The notes: generated by a model from the sequence alone, not told the origin. A stretch of DNA of 20,000 bases from an uncultured virus (IMG/VR IMGVR_UViG_3300047673_000475) (IMGVR_UViG_3300047673_000475); one strand, 5' to 3'; shown: positions 8,870 through 17,455, counted from the stretch's first letter. A program made the numbers and translations.

Positions 8870-9052
8870 ATGATCGATCACGCAAACAAAGACTACCTCG
8901 CTGACAGCGCCAAGCTCGTGAACACAGTGAAGAAGGTTGCCTTCGTCGTTCTGTGCTTCATGACCTTTGGTGGCGTCTTGGCTACCACCTGCGAAATGGG
9001 TCACTCGATGCAGATGGCGCGCATCGCTGAGATCCAATCTCAAGGCCAATAA
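8870..9052 (+). CDS. Small single-pass membrane protein (60 aa)
   Basis: GGAG SD before the ATG at 8870. KKVAFVVLCFMTFGGVLATT is a plausible transmembrane helix. Confidence 0.7.
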   Translation: MIDHANKDYLADSAKLVNTVKKVAFVVLCFMTFGGVLATTCEMGHSMQMARIAEIQSQGQ

Positions 9053-9062
9053 GGAGCTCTCA

Positions 9063-9389
9063 ATGTACGGAACCAGTATTGTCAGTCACTTGCTTACCTT
9101 GCGTTATCAGGATGCACAACAGTCGCAAGCGCAAGCCACGATCAACGAGCTCAAGAAAGCACTGCAACGCTATGTGTTGCCTGAAGGTCCGGGTAGCCAA
9201 CGTAAAGTGATCGCCCTGCCGAACCAAACGTTCCTGGCTGAGCTCTTTGGGTTTACCCTGCCGCGCGCCGGTGACGCACAGCACCCCGTATTGGGCAATA
9301 TCGAATGGCAAGACCATTGGTTGATCTTCGATCAGTTCAATGTCTGCATCGGTGAGACCAGCGTTAACCTGCTCGCCCCGTCGCACTGA
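9063..9389 (+). CDS. Hypothetical protein (108 aa)
   Basis: TAAGGAG SD overlapping the previous stop; ATG at 9063 (MYGTSIV...). Confidence 0.75.
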   Translation: MYGTSIVSHLLTLRYQDAQQSQAQATINELKKALQRYVLPEGPGSQRKVIALPNQTFLAELFGFTLPRAGDAQHPVLGNIEWQDHWLIFDQFNVCIGETSVNLLAPSH

Positions 9390-9427
9390 GTCGTTCGCAT
9401 AACCCCCTCGTAACAAGGAGAGCCAAA

Positions 9428-9961
9428 ATGGCCGAAACTAACACTACAGCAATTCCCGTCACCTCGCTGAAGGCTCACACGGAAGAGATCCGTAAGATTG
9501 CTAACCTGAGCCTCGATCAGCGCATCATCGGTAAGTTCAAGTTCGCCAGCGGTGATTTGGATACCACGCTGTGGGCAGGCAAGGTGCGTGACAGCCTGCG
9601 TGCCATGGCTGATCTCATCATCATGGCCGATCGTGCAGGGGTGAAGCCTGCGGATCTGCGCCGCAAACGCGCCTACAACGTCGTGGTCGATAATCTGCGG
9701 GTGCTCATGCAGAATGTCATCATGGTGAAGCTGGGCGAAGATGCTCAGTATGCTTTCGCGCTTGAGCGCGGTTTCGAGGAACTCCTCAAGCGCGAGTGCA
9801 AAGTGATTGACGATGAGTCGGCTGTCAAGTGCAAGATCCGCTTCGTCAAGCCCCGCGAACTCACGCATGACGGTGAGTATCCGGTTTACGAACGCGTGAC
9901 GATGCGCTTTGATGGCCAGTTCGAAGTGTCGTTCATTGACGGCGCGCGCTATGGCTCGTAA
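9428..9961 (+). CDS. Hypothetical protein (177 aa)
   Basis: AAGGAG SD, ATG, phage-like codon usage. Confidence 0.8.
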   Translation: MAETNTTAIPVTSLKAHTEEIRKIANLSLDQRIIGKFKFASGDLDTTLWAGKVRDSLRAMADLIIMADRAGVKPADLRRKRAYNVVVDNLRVLMQNVIMVKLGEDAQYAFALERGFEELLKRECKVIDDESAVKCKIRFVKPRELTHDGEYPVYERVTMRFDGQFEVSFIDGARYGS

Positions 9962-10145
9962 TAAGGCACTCCTGCTCAGGGAGATCAAGAACGATCTAGC
10001 TCAGGCAACCCATGTGCTAGAGTCTGCTGAGCTTCAGACACTGACCTTTCAGGAGATCAAGACGGCCGCGGCCTCGGCAACTCAAGCCGCTGCTGCCTTG
10101 CATCGCTTGGCTGGAATGCTGGATGTGGAAGCCGATCACACTTAA
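9951..10145 (+). CDS. Small alpha-helical hypothetical protein (64 aa)
   Basis: ATG at 9951 overlaps the end of the upstream gene (coupling); its stop overlaps the next SD. Confidence 0.6.
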   Translation: MARNKALLLREIKNDLAQATHVLESAELQTLTFQEIKTAAASATQAAAALHRLAGMLDVEADHT

Positions 10146-10155
10146 GGAGCCCGTG

Positions 10156-10410
10156 ATGCATGAGCAACGTCAAGGTACCATCAACGAATTCGGCGAGTCC
10201 GGTGGATTCACGATCACGCAAGGCGAAGGCGCACTCACGCCCGCTGATCCGGCTTACGATCCCTATGAAGCCGAGAAATACGCCCGCGCTGCGGCCATAG
10301 TCAAGATCAAGTTCTGTTCGGGCGGCCGCGCAAGCGACTTGGAAATCACGCGTTTTGAAGCCGAGGTACTGGTCGAAGCGCTTGACACTTTCATCGCCTC
10401 GACTAAATAA
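10156..10410 (+). CDS. Hypothetical protein (~84 aa; GTG 10153 or ATG 10156)
   Basis: TAAGGAG SD at 10143-10149. Confidence 0.75.
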   Translation: MHEQRQGTINEFGESGGFTITQGEGALTPADPAYDPYEAEKYARAAAIVKIKFCSGGRASDLEITRFEAEVLVEALDTFIASTK

Positions 10411-10457
10411 CGGTCTCTTAGCTACTCCCTTGCCCCTCGCCTGAGGGGTGAGTTAAT

Positions 10458-10484
10458 AGAGGGGCTTCGGCTCCTCTTTTTTTT
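10458..10484 (+). terminator. Rho-independent terminator
   Basis: AGAGGGGC-TTCG-GCTCCTCT followed by a T run. Confidence 0.85.
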
Positions 10485-10505
10485 GGTCTTTTCTCTAGGT
10501 TTGTG

Positions 10506-10694
10506 ATGGCAAAAAAGGAAGTAGGACTGGTGGAACTCCCCCACGGGCATATCGGTGCGTTCTTTAGCAAGAACTGCCTGTACAATCTGCACGCACTCCA
10601 GACGAGCCTGCCGCTTCACGAGAGTAAAGAGCTGGTGGTCGTCAAATGGCCCGGTCAAGTCGACCCTCCAGCGCCTCCTTCGAAGCAAAAATGA
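10506..10694 (+). CDS. Possible small hypothetical protein (62 aa)
   Basis: ORF fills the gap after the terminator; weak AGGT SD. Confidence 0.4.
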   Translation: MAKKEVGLVELPHGHIGAFFSKNCLYNLHALQTSLPLHESKELVVVKWPGQVDPPAPPSKQK

Positions 10695-10789
10695 TGGGAT
10701 GCTTTCTTGGTATGTCGGGATACCTAAATTACATGAGAGGGGACGAGAAGCCCTTCTTATTTTCCCAACCTACCCGCGTGAGAACTAGC

Positions 10790-11062
10790 ATGCCTAACGC
10801 GCGCTTTACCGAAGACGAGCTTCAGGCGATCCTGATTAAGCTCAAAGTTTCCTTGCATGGCAAACTGCGGGAATGCAAGGCTCTGACCTCTAACATCGGG
10901 CAACTCGTGCGCCTCGCTCAGATCGAGCAGACGCTCAAACACCCCGAAGCGTTGGGTGGCGACACGGTCCACAAACTGAACACCTACCAGACAATGCTCA
11001 ACGAGGTGAAGGCTTACATCAAGGCTATCGAAGACGGTAGCGCTACCCCACTTGCTGCGTAA
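10790..11062 (+). CDS. Hypothetical helical protein (90 aa)
   Basis: ATG at 10790 (MPNARFTEDEL...) with GAGA upstream; amphipathic helical pattern. Confidence 0.65.
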   Translation: MPNARFTEDELQAILIKLKVSLHGKLRECKALTSNIGQLVRLAQIEQTLKHPEALGGDTVHKLNTYQTMLNEVKAYIKAIEDGSATPLAA

Positions 11063-11070
11063 GGTCGACG

Positions 11071-11337
11071 ATGTACTCTATTTCCTCGACCCGCGAGAAT
11101 CAACCGCCTGCTTTTTGGACGGAAGAGCGACAGCGTTGCAGTGACATGTACGTGGCAGCAAAACGAGAACGTAAGCGTGTTGAGCGTGAGCACACCAAAA
11201 TGTTGCTTGACATGAATTCCGCTTACGGCCTGGCTACGGCCTACTTTCGCTCGGGGGTTGTGCTGCGAAGGATCAATCTCTTCTCGCTCGCCATCGAACA
11301 GTTCGATCGCGCGTACCAGTTGCTAGTACTCTTTTAA
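11071..11337 (+). CDS. Hypothetical protein (88 aa) containing an NSAYG motif
   Basis: TAAGG SD overlapping the previous stop. Confidence 0.65.
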   Translation: MYSISSTRENQPPAFWTEERQRCSDMYVAAKRERKRVEREHTKMLLDMNSAYGLATAYFRSGVVLRRINLFSLAIEQFDRAYQLLVLF

Positions 11338-11395
11338 TAAACACCAGGGGCGACGCCAGGCTTGCCCAAGTACCACACAGACCACTGAGATTCAC

Positions 11396-11995
11396 ATGAA
11401 CCAGAAAGCTCTTTCCTTCTTCTTCGCCAACTACGACTTCAAGAATTTCGAAGCGACAAACGCAGATGAAGGGTTTATCGAAAACCATATCAACTCGCTG
11501 TATACGCCCGACGAGCAACCCGTGATGCGGCTCGTGCGTCGCACGGTGCGCGAACTGAGTGCTCACCCGGCGCTCGCCACCGACTTCGTGTTCGATGCGG
11601 GCTCCCACCAGGGCATGTACCGTCGCCTGGAAGGCTATCGCGTGAATGTCGACGAGCAACTCGTCATGAAGATCACGATCGAGATGGGCGAAGATGCCGG
11701 AACCTACGTCGCGGCCAAGGTCATCTACCCGAAGCTCGAGAAAGCGGCGAAGCGCGAATTCGGCAAGCGCTGGCAGAAAGCGGCCGGAGTCGACTTCGAC
11801 TATGCGGCGGCCTTCAGCCAGATGCGCAATCTCGTGAGCCAGCTCTCCAACAGCTGCGTCTTCAAGGTCGATGAGAACGGCGTGGGCTTCACGCTCACCA
11901 TCATGCCGCTCACCAAGGGCCTGGTAGACTTCGCTAAGGGGCAGGAAGCCGCCGCGGGAACCTTCGTGAAGATCCAGTTGCGCAACGCTGCATAA
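11396..11995 (+). CDS. Hypothetical protein (199 aa)
   Basis: Long ORF with strong GC3 codon bias, ending at the convergent hairpin. Confidence 0.8.
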   Translation: MNQKALSFFFANYDFKNFEATNADEGFIENHINSLYTPDEQPVMRLVRRTVRELSAHPALATDFVFDAGSHQGMYRRLEGYRVNVDEQLVMKITIEMGEDAGTYVAAKVIYPKLEKAAKREFGKRWQKAAGVDFDYAAAFSQMRNLVSQLSNSCVFKVDENGVGFTLTIMPLTKGLVDFAKGQEAAAGTFVKIQLRNAA

Positions 11996-12005
11996 GCCGC
12001 TACAG

Positions 12006-12043
12006 CGGCATACGGGCAGCCCTAGGGCTGCCCGCTATGACCG
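12006..12043. terminator. Hairpin between convergent genes, TATGCCG on the minus strand and TATGACCG on the plus strand
   Basis: The palindrome CGGGCAGCCCTAGGGCTGCCCG (12013-12034) lies between the stops at 11995 and 12046. Confidence 0.7.
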
Positions 12044-12045
12044 TG

Positions 12046-12849
12046 TTACCGATAGCCACCAATCAAACTGCGTACAAAGCGGTTAAACGTTTCGTTGTCG
12101 TTCATGTACGCCACCTTCTGCCAGGTGGTGGCGAGGAACTCCTGATACTGTTCTTCCGCGTCCTTGTACTCCTCGACGATTTCCTTGAACTTACCGATTT
12201 CCTGACCACCCCGGATCTTGCCGATGTCCACCTCGATGACTTGGTCATTGTAGATGTAGGCTTTCACCGCGAGTTCCACCAGCCGACAGAACGGCCGGTA
12301 GCTGCGCATCTGGATGTGCGACATGTTCTCGTCATTGGCGAGAATACAGCGCAGATACACATCAGGGGGCAGCACTATGGTGTCGCGCACCATGATCGTG
12401 TTTTCCCCGATCAACTGCACGCGATGCGTTGAGGTCACGGGCAAGGCCCCGTAGGCGTCCATCACGGCCTGTCCGGCTTGCAGCATGGTCGTGTTCTGCG
12501 CACCCGCGGCCACCCCGTAGCTTGAGACTTTGGTGGGGTCGGCGAACGTGATGTTCAGCACCGACAGAATCGAGCGCCCCTGCGTCTTGGTCTTCGGGAT
12601 GCGATACACCGACGTATAGTCGTTCATCCGCTCGTACGGAATATCGTCCAGATAGACGAATGCTTCCGTGCCACCCACGAGATTGCAGTCCACCAGGACA
12701 CGAGGGCGGACCACTTGTTCCAAAATACATTCGTCGATCGAACGCGGGGCTGTGCGCCAACGGGCCGTGCGCTCGACAAACACCTCTTCCAATACACGCC
12801 GTGGAATCCGGAACTTCAGATCATCCACAGCTCGGGTGATAGGATTCAC
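12046..12849 (-). CDS. Conserved jumbo-phage protein, probably virion structural (phiKZ gp42-like), 267 aa
   Basis: GTG start with a GGAGG SD. The N-terminus (NPITRAVDDLKFRIPRRVLE...VRPRVLVDCNLVGG), C-terminus (AVKAYIYN...GG.EIGKFKEIVEEY.DAEEQY) and location near phuZ recall this family; from memory. Confidence 0.65.
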   Translation of the reverse strand: MNPITRAVDDLKFRIPRRVLEEVFVERTARWRTAPRSIDECILEQVVRPRVLVDCNLVGGTEAFVYLDDIPYERMNDYTSVYRIPKTKTQGRSILSVLNITFADPTKVSSYGVAAGAQNTTMLQAGQAVMDAYGALPVTSTHRVQLIGENTIMVRDTIVLPPDVYLRCILANDENMSHIQMRSYRPFCRLVELAVKAYIYNDQVIEVDIGKIRGGQEIGKFKEIVEEYKDAEEQYQEFLATTWQKVAYMNDNETFNRFVRSLIGGYR

Positions 12850-12903
12850 TCTAGGCCTCCGCTCAAAAAAAGAATCTACATAGGATCGCGTGTTAAAAGT
12901 CGA

Positions 12904-12930
12904 TTGAAAACAATTTCAGACCTATATTAC
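12904..12930 (+). promoter_or_regulatory. Putative phage early promoter, copy 3 (TTGAAAACAATTTCAGACC-TATATTAC)
   Basis: Exact TATATTAC (the phiKZ early consensus) at 12923-12930; upstream part matches 7238-7256. Confidence 0.75.
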
Positions 12931-12986
12931 GCACGTAGACAGAAGCAGAAGCTTCTAAGATTATCTAACCTATCAGGAGCATTACC

Positions 12987-13397
12987 ATGAACAACGTTGC
13001 TAACATCAAGGCTTACGCAGCTAACCTCTCCGCTCTCGTGTACATGAACAAGCACTATGTGGTGGACGAAGTGTCCACCGATGGCGCTACTATCCTGTAC
13101 CGTGTGTCGCAAAACGCCAACGGTGACTTCGTGATTGAAGGATTTCGCGCATCGATGGCTGATGGCGCAAACAAGACTTTCAAGGGCGAACTCGAAGCTG
13201 GCGTGCTGTGGGCCGGTTCCAAGCGCAAGGTGTTTGACTACCTGAACGCGAAGGATCGCCAATCGACGGAACTCACCCCGCTCGAAATGCACTTCCATGA
13301 ATCGAAGTTTGAAGAGTTCTTCATCGCTGAACACAAGCCGATGTCGACCCTCATCATCACGGCTGACGTCCTGAGCTCGGAAGCGGTTGCAGTCTAA
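12987..13397 (+). CDS. Hypothetical early protein (136 aa), monocistronic
   Basis: AGGAG SD; has its own promoter and terminator. Confidence 0.8.
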   Translation: MNNVANIKAYAANLSALVYMNKHYVVDEVSTDGATILYRVSQNANGDFVIEGFRASMADGANKTFKGELEAGVLWAGSKRKVFDYLNAKDRQSTELTPLEMHFHESKFEEFFIAEHKPMSTLIITADVLSSEAVAV

Positions 13398-13398
13398 G

Positions 13399-13425
13399 GT
13401 GCCCGTTTCACCACGGGCATTTTTT
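13399..13425 (+). terminator. Rho-independent terminator
   Basis: GTGCCCGT-TTCACC-ACGGGCAT followed by TTTTT. Confidence 0.8.
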
Positions 13426-13483
13426 ACGAGCACATCCCCTACTATGTAGGAGTGCTTCAATTTGAAAAAACTAGGAAAGAAAC

Positions 13484-14488
13484 ATGTCCGAAATCATCGA
13501 GAAAGTCAAAGGTCGTATCAGCATCTACGCAGCGGGCGGAGCTGGCACGAACATTGCGACGCGCTTCGAGAAGTACCGCGGTAAAGCACAAGCTGGCATG
13601 GCTGTCGTCGAGCCGACGTATATCGACACCAGCAAGTCGAACATGCTCAACGCGAACATCGATGCGAACGCGATCTACCACTTCCAGGGCCTCGACGGTT
13701 CTGGACAAGTGCGCCGCGAACATGCCGCTGTCGTGAAGGAACGCGTCAAGGAAATCCTGCACGCGCACAAGCCGGGTAACCTGGCACTGGTGTTGCATTC
13801 GGCGTCGGGTGGTTCGGGTTCGGTGATCGGCCCGATTCTTACGCAAGAGCTGCTCGCACGTGACGTGCCGGTGGTGGTGGTCATGGTGGGCGATGCCTCG
13901 ACCCGGCTGTACGCGGAGAACACGCTCAACACGATCAAGTCCTACGAAGCCATCGCCAAGGCCGCGGGCGCCCCGATCGTCATCGCCTATCTGCAGAACA
14001 CGCAAGACACCCCGCGCGCTGCGGTGGACGCTGAAATCGAAACCGTCGTGGTCGGCCTCGCTGCGCTCTTTAGCCGCGAGAACACCGAGCTCGATACACG
14101 TGACCTCTACAACTGGTTGCGCTTCGACAAGGTCACCACCTTCAAGCAGCCGATGCTCGCAGGCCTGCACATCGTCAAGAACGGCGAATCGCACGCTCAC
14201 GTGGGCAATGTCATCAGCGTTGCGACGCTGGCGAAAGCGGGCGCTGATGCGACGCTACCGTTCATGCCCGAAGTGCGCTTTCTCGGACTGTTCCCGGCCG
14301 ACATGCCCGAGAACATCGCCAAGGAATCGCCGGTGCATTACATCACGGGCGACCGGGTGATCCACGAAGCCGTGGCCAACGTGCAAAAGGTGCTCTCGCA
14401 CCTGAGCGAGGAACAGCAGTCGCGCGTCGCGCACAAGTCCATTCTGGGCGCAGGCGACCGTGCGGATGAAACGGGGCTGATCCTCTAA
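13484..14488 (+). CDS. phuZ: Phage tubulin PhuZ (tubulin/FtsZ-family GTPase), 334 aa
   Basis: AAGGAGTNIA (T1 loop), YIDTSKSN, GLDGSGQVRRE, SASGGSGSVIGP (tubulin signature), ELDTRDLYNW (T7-like loop), and a short acidic-hydrophobic tail ADETGLIL typical of PhuZ. AGGA SD. Confidence 0.93.
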   Translation: MSEIIEKVKGRISIYAAGGAGTNIATRFEKYRGKAQAGMAVVEPTYIDTSKSNMLNANIDANAIYHFQGLDGSGQVRREHAAVVKERVKEILHAHKPGNLALVLHSASGGSGSVIGPILTQELLARDVPVVVVMVGDASTRLYAENTLNTIKSYEAIAKAAGAPIVIAYLQNTQDTPRAAVDAEIETVVVGLAALFSRENTELDTRDLYNWLRFDKVTTFKQPMLAGLHIVKNGESHAHVGNVISVATLAKAGADATLPFMPEVRFLGLFPADMPENIAKESPVHYITGDRVIHEAVANVQKVLSHLSEEQQSRVAHKSILGAGDRADETGLIL

Positions 14489-14524
14489 CAACAACGCTGG
14501 ACGACACGATAAGGAAAGCAATAA

Positions 14525-15170
14525 GAACCGATGTTTAGCCAGATCAGCTCTCTGGCCCGGTGGTGGTGGTCTGACTTTGGACGGTTTATCTATCACGATT
14601 TTTCGTGGTTCCCGTCCATTCAGGCCGCCGCCACTCGTAAAGTTCATCGGTCCTCACCCTTGCAGGCGCATGCGAGGGTGAATAGACATCATGCGCGACG
14701 TCCCCAGCTGGGGAAGGCAACGCGAGCTAAGGGTGCTCGTAGTACCTTCAGCCATTGAGGCGATGCGCTTGGCCCGTTGACTCGGACCGATGATTTGGCC
14801 ATGCGCAGACTTTAGTCCCATTCCAGCCGAACCGCGCATCAGGCGCAGGGGGTGCATCGGGGGCTAGGGTCTTTTACATTCCGTGAGTAATGGCCTGCCG
14901 CCTACTGGTGCGCAGGAGGCAATAAGTGCGACAGTTTTCAAGGGAGTACCCGAAGCAATTGTTTAGAGGTCCATGGACTGTCTAAAAATTAGCACTAGGG
15001 CCTAACACTTGGCTCGCAGCTTGAGATGTCCAGACCGCCTCAGTTCCGACCGCAACAATACCACAGTCCGTTTTACGGGTAGCTGTTTGGGTGAGCATCG
15101 GACGAGGCGAGTCCCTTTTATGCCTTCCTACGGGAGGGTGCAAAAGGGACTGATTATTTTTTTATGCCGC
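14525..15170 (+). ncRNA. Candidate large structured non-coding RNA 1 (family unknown)
   Basis: Nested stems found by eye: 14527-33/14645-51, 14560-74/14620-34 (15 bp, 3 G-U), 14578-84/14612-18, 14654-64/14671-81, 14685-90/15025-30, 14762-68/14834-40, 15036-41/15104-09, 15110-19/15142-51. No convincing CDS. Confidence 0.6.
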
Positions 15171-15228
15171 AGTTACACAAATAGTCAAAACAAACGTAGC
15201 CGCTGGATACTGTGTATAAGGAGCCGCC

Positions 15229-15636
15229 ATGAACCTCTTAACCGTCGAACCTAGGGCGCTATTGATCCAGGAGATCCATGACTTCCTGAGCGTCTTAAAG
15301 GGCGCTACGAGGGCAGTTGCGAGTCAACTGATCTTCTCCGGGTTGACTGAAGAGCGCTTAATCGAATGGATCGTCAAAGAACAGATTGAGCAGGTGTATC
15401 ATTTGTTCTCGGTGAACCACGACCCGCAGGACTGGCGCTTTGCCCGACTGCATGCCCAGATCCGCTCCGAGTTGGACCTGGATTACTACACCGGCCAATA
15501 CATCAAGGTGCCGCAGCTGTACGGCGACAACTGCTTCATCGACTTAGAAATCCGCGGGATTGACTTGTACATGTGGTACTACGTGCACAATCGCCCTGCC
15601 AATACGAACTACGACTACCAAAGAAAATGGAACTGA
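15229..15636 (+). CDS. Hypothetical protein, array member A (135 aa)
   Basis: TAAGGAG SD; overlaps the next gene. Confidence 0.8.
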   Translation: MNLLTVEPRALLIQEIHDFLSVLKGATRAVASQLIFSGLTEERLIEWIVKEQIEQVYHLFSVNHDPQDWRFARLHAQIRSELDLDYYTGQYIKVPQLYGDNCFIDLEIRGIDLYMWYYVHNRPANTNYDYQRKWN

Positions 15637-16436
15637 AAATCACTGGAACGCTGGTGCTGGATCTGGGAGACTGGGTCGACGCGGTGGAAGCTGCCGCAGG
15701 TCCCTACATGTTGCCCAATCCGGAAGGCTTGTACCTGCCGACTCAGTGTGAGCCGGTGATGGTCGCGGGACAGCCGTATTTCTACGCAGGTGAAGCGGTC
15801 AACAATGTCGCCACACCGATCCCGATTACGTCTTTCGAGTTGCCGTTGCGCGACGAAGTCTACGATGCGAAAGCCGATCTGGTCGTACCCAAGGTGCATC
15901 TGCCGTATCTGAAGCCGCAGTCACGCTTTTCACTGCGCGCACGCAATTTGCTCATCGAGCTGATTGACCACATGGTGATCAACCATGCGAAGTGGTCCAG
16001 CCAAGGCCGGATTCGTCGCGGCCACAAGAAGCTGAATTTCGACGCGGTGATCCGTCCGTTTCTTTTCGAGCAGTTCCAGCGCTCGGGCATCACGGTCGAT
16101 TCGGTGTTCCAGTATCCGAAAGATCCGAATGACGCCAATTTTAGCTGGGGGGAAACCGGCAACATCGTCGCCGTGGAGCATGAACCCACGGATGACCTGG
16201 GCCGCGCGCGCATCTCGGAACAGGACAAGCAACTTTTTTACGCGTCGCAGGAGATCTGTGAGAGCATCACGCTGCAATTGAGCGACATGCTACATCAGTT
16301 GACAGACTTCTTGGGACAAGATCGCTGGATCATGCACTTCATGAAAGTGGATAACACGGTGGTGCGGGTGGAAAAGACCATCGACTATCGGATCTATTCG
16401 TGGATGATGGAGCACGGCCGCGATTTTGAAGATTAA
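15627..16436 (+). CDS. Hypothetical protein, array member B (269 aa)
   Basis: ATG at 15627 (MELKITG...) overlaps the end of A; C-terminal EKTIDYRIYSW. Confidence 0.8.
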   Translation: MELKITGTLVLDLGDWVDAVEAAAGPYMLPNPEGLYLPTQCEPVMVAGQPYFYAGEAVNNVATPIPITSFELPLRDEVYDAKADLVVPKVHLPYLKPQSRFSLRARNLLIELIDHMVINHAKWSSQGRIRRGHKKLNFDAVIRPFLFEQFQRSGITVDSVFQYPKDPNDANFSWGETGNIVAVEHEPTDDLGRARISEQDKQLFYASQEICESITLQLSDMLHQLTDFLGQDRWIMHFMKVDNTVVRVEKTIDYRIYSWMMEHGRDFED

Positions 16437-16463
16437 CAGAGCGCGTGGCGGGGATGAGTAGAG

Positions 16464-16931
16464 ATGAAAAGCAGTACGGTGATTTCGCTGCTGGATGTGG
16501 GCATGTTCGTGCAACGCGAGCTGGCTCTGTATCAAGCACGCAAGCGTAACCCACGCAATCCGGAAGCCGCACTTGATCCGAACTGGAGAAGCTACGACAG
16601 TGGCCCGCTCCTGGAAGCCTTGCTCAAGGACGTGTTTGACAACACGTGTGAGGCGCATCCTTCCGAATACCTGGTCGCGGCCAAAGCCCTGTTGCAGAAT
16701 TCGGGCATGAATCATAATGCCGCGCACCAGTTATGCAACCGTGCGTTTGACATGATCGTCGATTACATCGGCGCGGTGTTGCCGCACCTGAAAATAAACG
16801 ATACGTCGACCCAGGCGTACGCTGATCTTACGGGCTCGTGGGATGTGGTGGTGACGGAATTCCCGAACTACATGGACACGATTGAACGCCTCCCGATGGA
16901 AGATCTCATCAACGCGCCCGTACGACTATAA
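16464..16931 (+). CDS. Hypothetical protein, array member C (155 aa)
   Basis: Packed in the operon; purine-rich SD-like leader. Confidence 0.75.
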   Translation: MKSSTVISLLDVGMFVQRELALYQARKRNPRNPEAALDPNWRSYDSGPLLEALLKDVFDNTCEAHPSEYLVAAKALLQNSGMNHNAAHQLCNRAFDMIVDYIGAVLPHLKINDTSTQAYADLTGSWDVVVTEFPNYMDTIERLPMEDLINAPVRL

Positions 16932-16969
16932 GTAACAGGTCATTACAATCGAAACAAGGAATAGCAACC

Positions 16970-17455
16970 ATGTCCGTTTTCATATTGCCGACGTGTGATC
17001 TGATCACGGAATCCATGGTGTACGATGAGTTGTTCAAGCTCTTTCTGAAGGGCGGTGTGCATTCCGTCGTGAAGAATGCAGTCTTGGGTACGTCGTTTCA
17101 GGAAACCTCGCCGTACACTGAGTACCAGCGCTCGCTGCAGCATCACCACAGTGAGTTGGTGGATTTCGTGTTGAAGAAGTTTGACAGTTACGTTAACCGG
17201 CGTCATGAACAGTTCGATGAGCGTACGGGCCGTATCAAACATACGTCCGTGGACTTAAGCGAATACATGAGCCGGGTGGGTGAGCTGGAGATGATCACGC
17301 AATCCATTGAAGAGCAAGTATTGCTCATCATGCAAGATCTCTTTAGCACTCGACCTTACCAGATCGATGACCAAAGTCCGCGCTGGATCGGTCGAGATCT
17401 GGTGGTGGGTATCGAGGTCCTCACCAACAATTGGGGAAAACGCCGTGTATACTGA
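16970..17455 (+). CDS. Hypothetical protein, array member D (161 aa)
   Basis: AAGGA SD, ATG. Confidence 0.8.
   Translation: MSVFILPTCDLITESMVYDELFKLFLKGGVHSVVKNAVLGTSFQETSPYTEYQRSLQHHHSELVDFVLKKFDSYVNRRHEQFDERTGRIKHTSVDLSEYMSRVGELEMITQSIEEQVLLIMQDLFSTRPYQIDDQSPRWIGRDLVVGIEVLTNNWGKRRVY

Noticed and set aside
13457..14200. Minus-strand 247-aa ORF and similar antisense ORFs (6448-7041, 9332-9988, 17460-17999, 18516-19193)
   Set aside because: They overlap better-supported plus-strand genes with SDs and consistent operon packing.
13484..14488. Bacterial ftsZ (host chromosome origin)
   Set aside because: GGSGS rather than GGGTGTG signature, no FtsZ C-terminal linker/core peptide, and no dcw cluster; the context is phage.
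14531..14758. 75-aa ORF (MFSQISSLARWWWSD...) with AAGGAAAG upstream
   Set aside because: SD spacing is long, the ATG is buried in a stem, and the odd residues (WWW, AAA) come from the two arms of the 15-bp helix. A leader peptide cannot be fully excluded.
14525..15170. tmRNA, tRNA cluster or RNase P identity for the structured region
   Set aside because: I found no T-loop/CCA acceptor end, cloverleaf or RNase P P4 consensus by eye; a covariance search is still needed.
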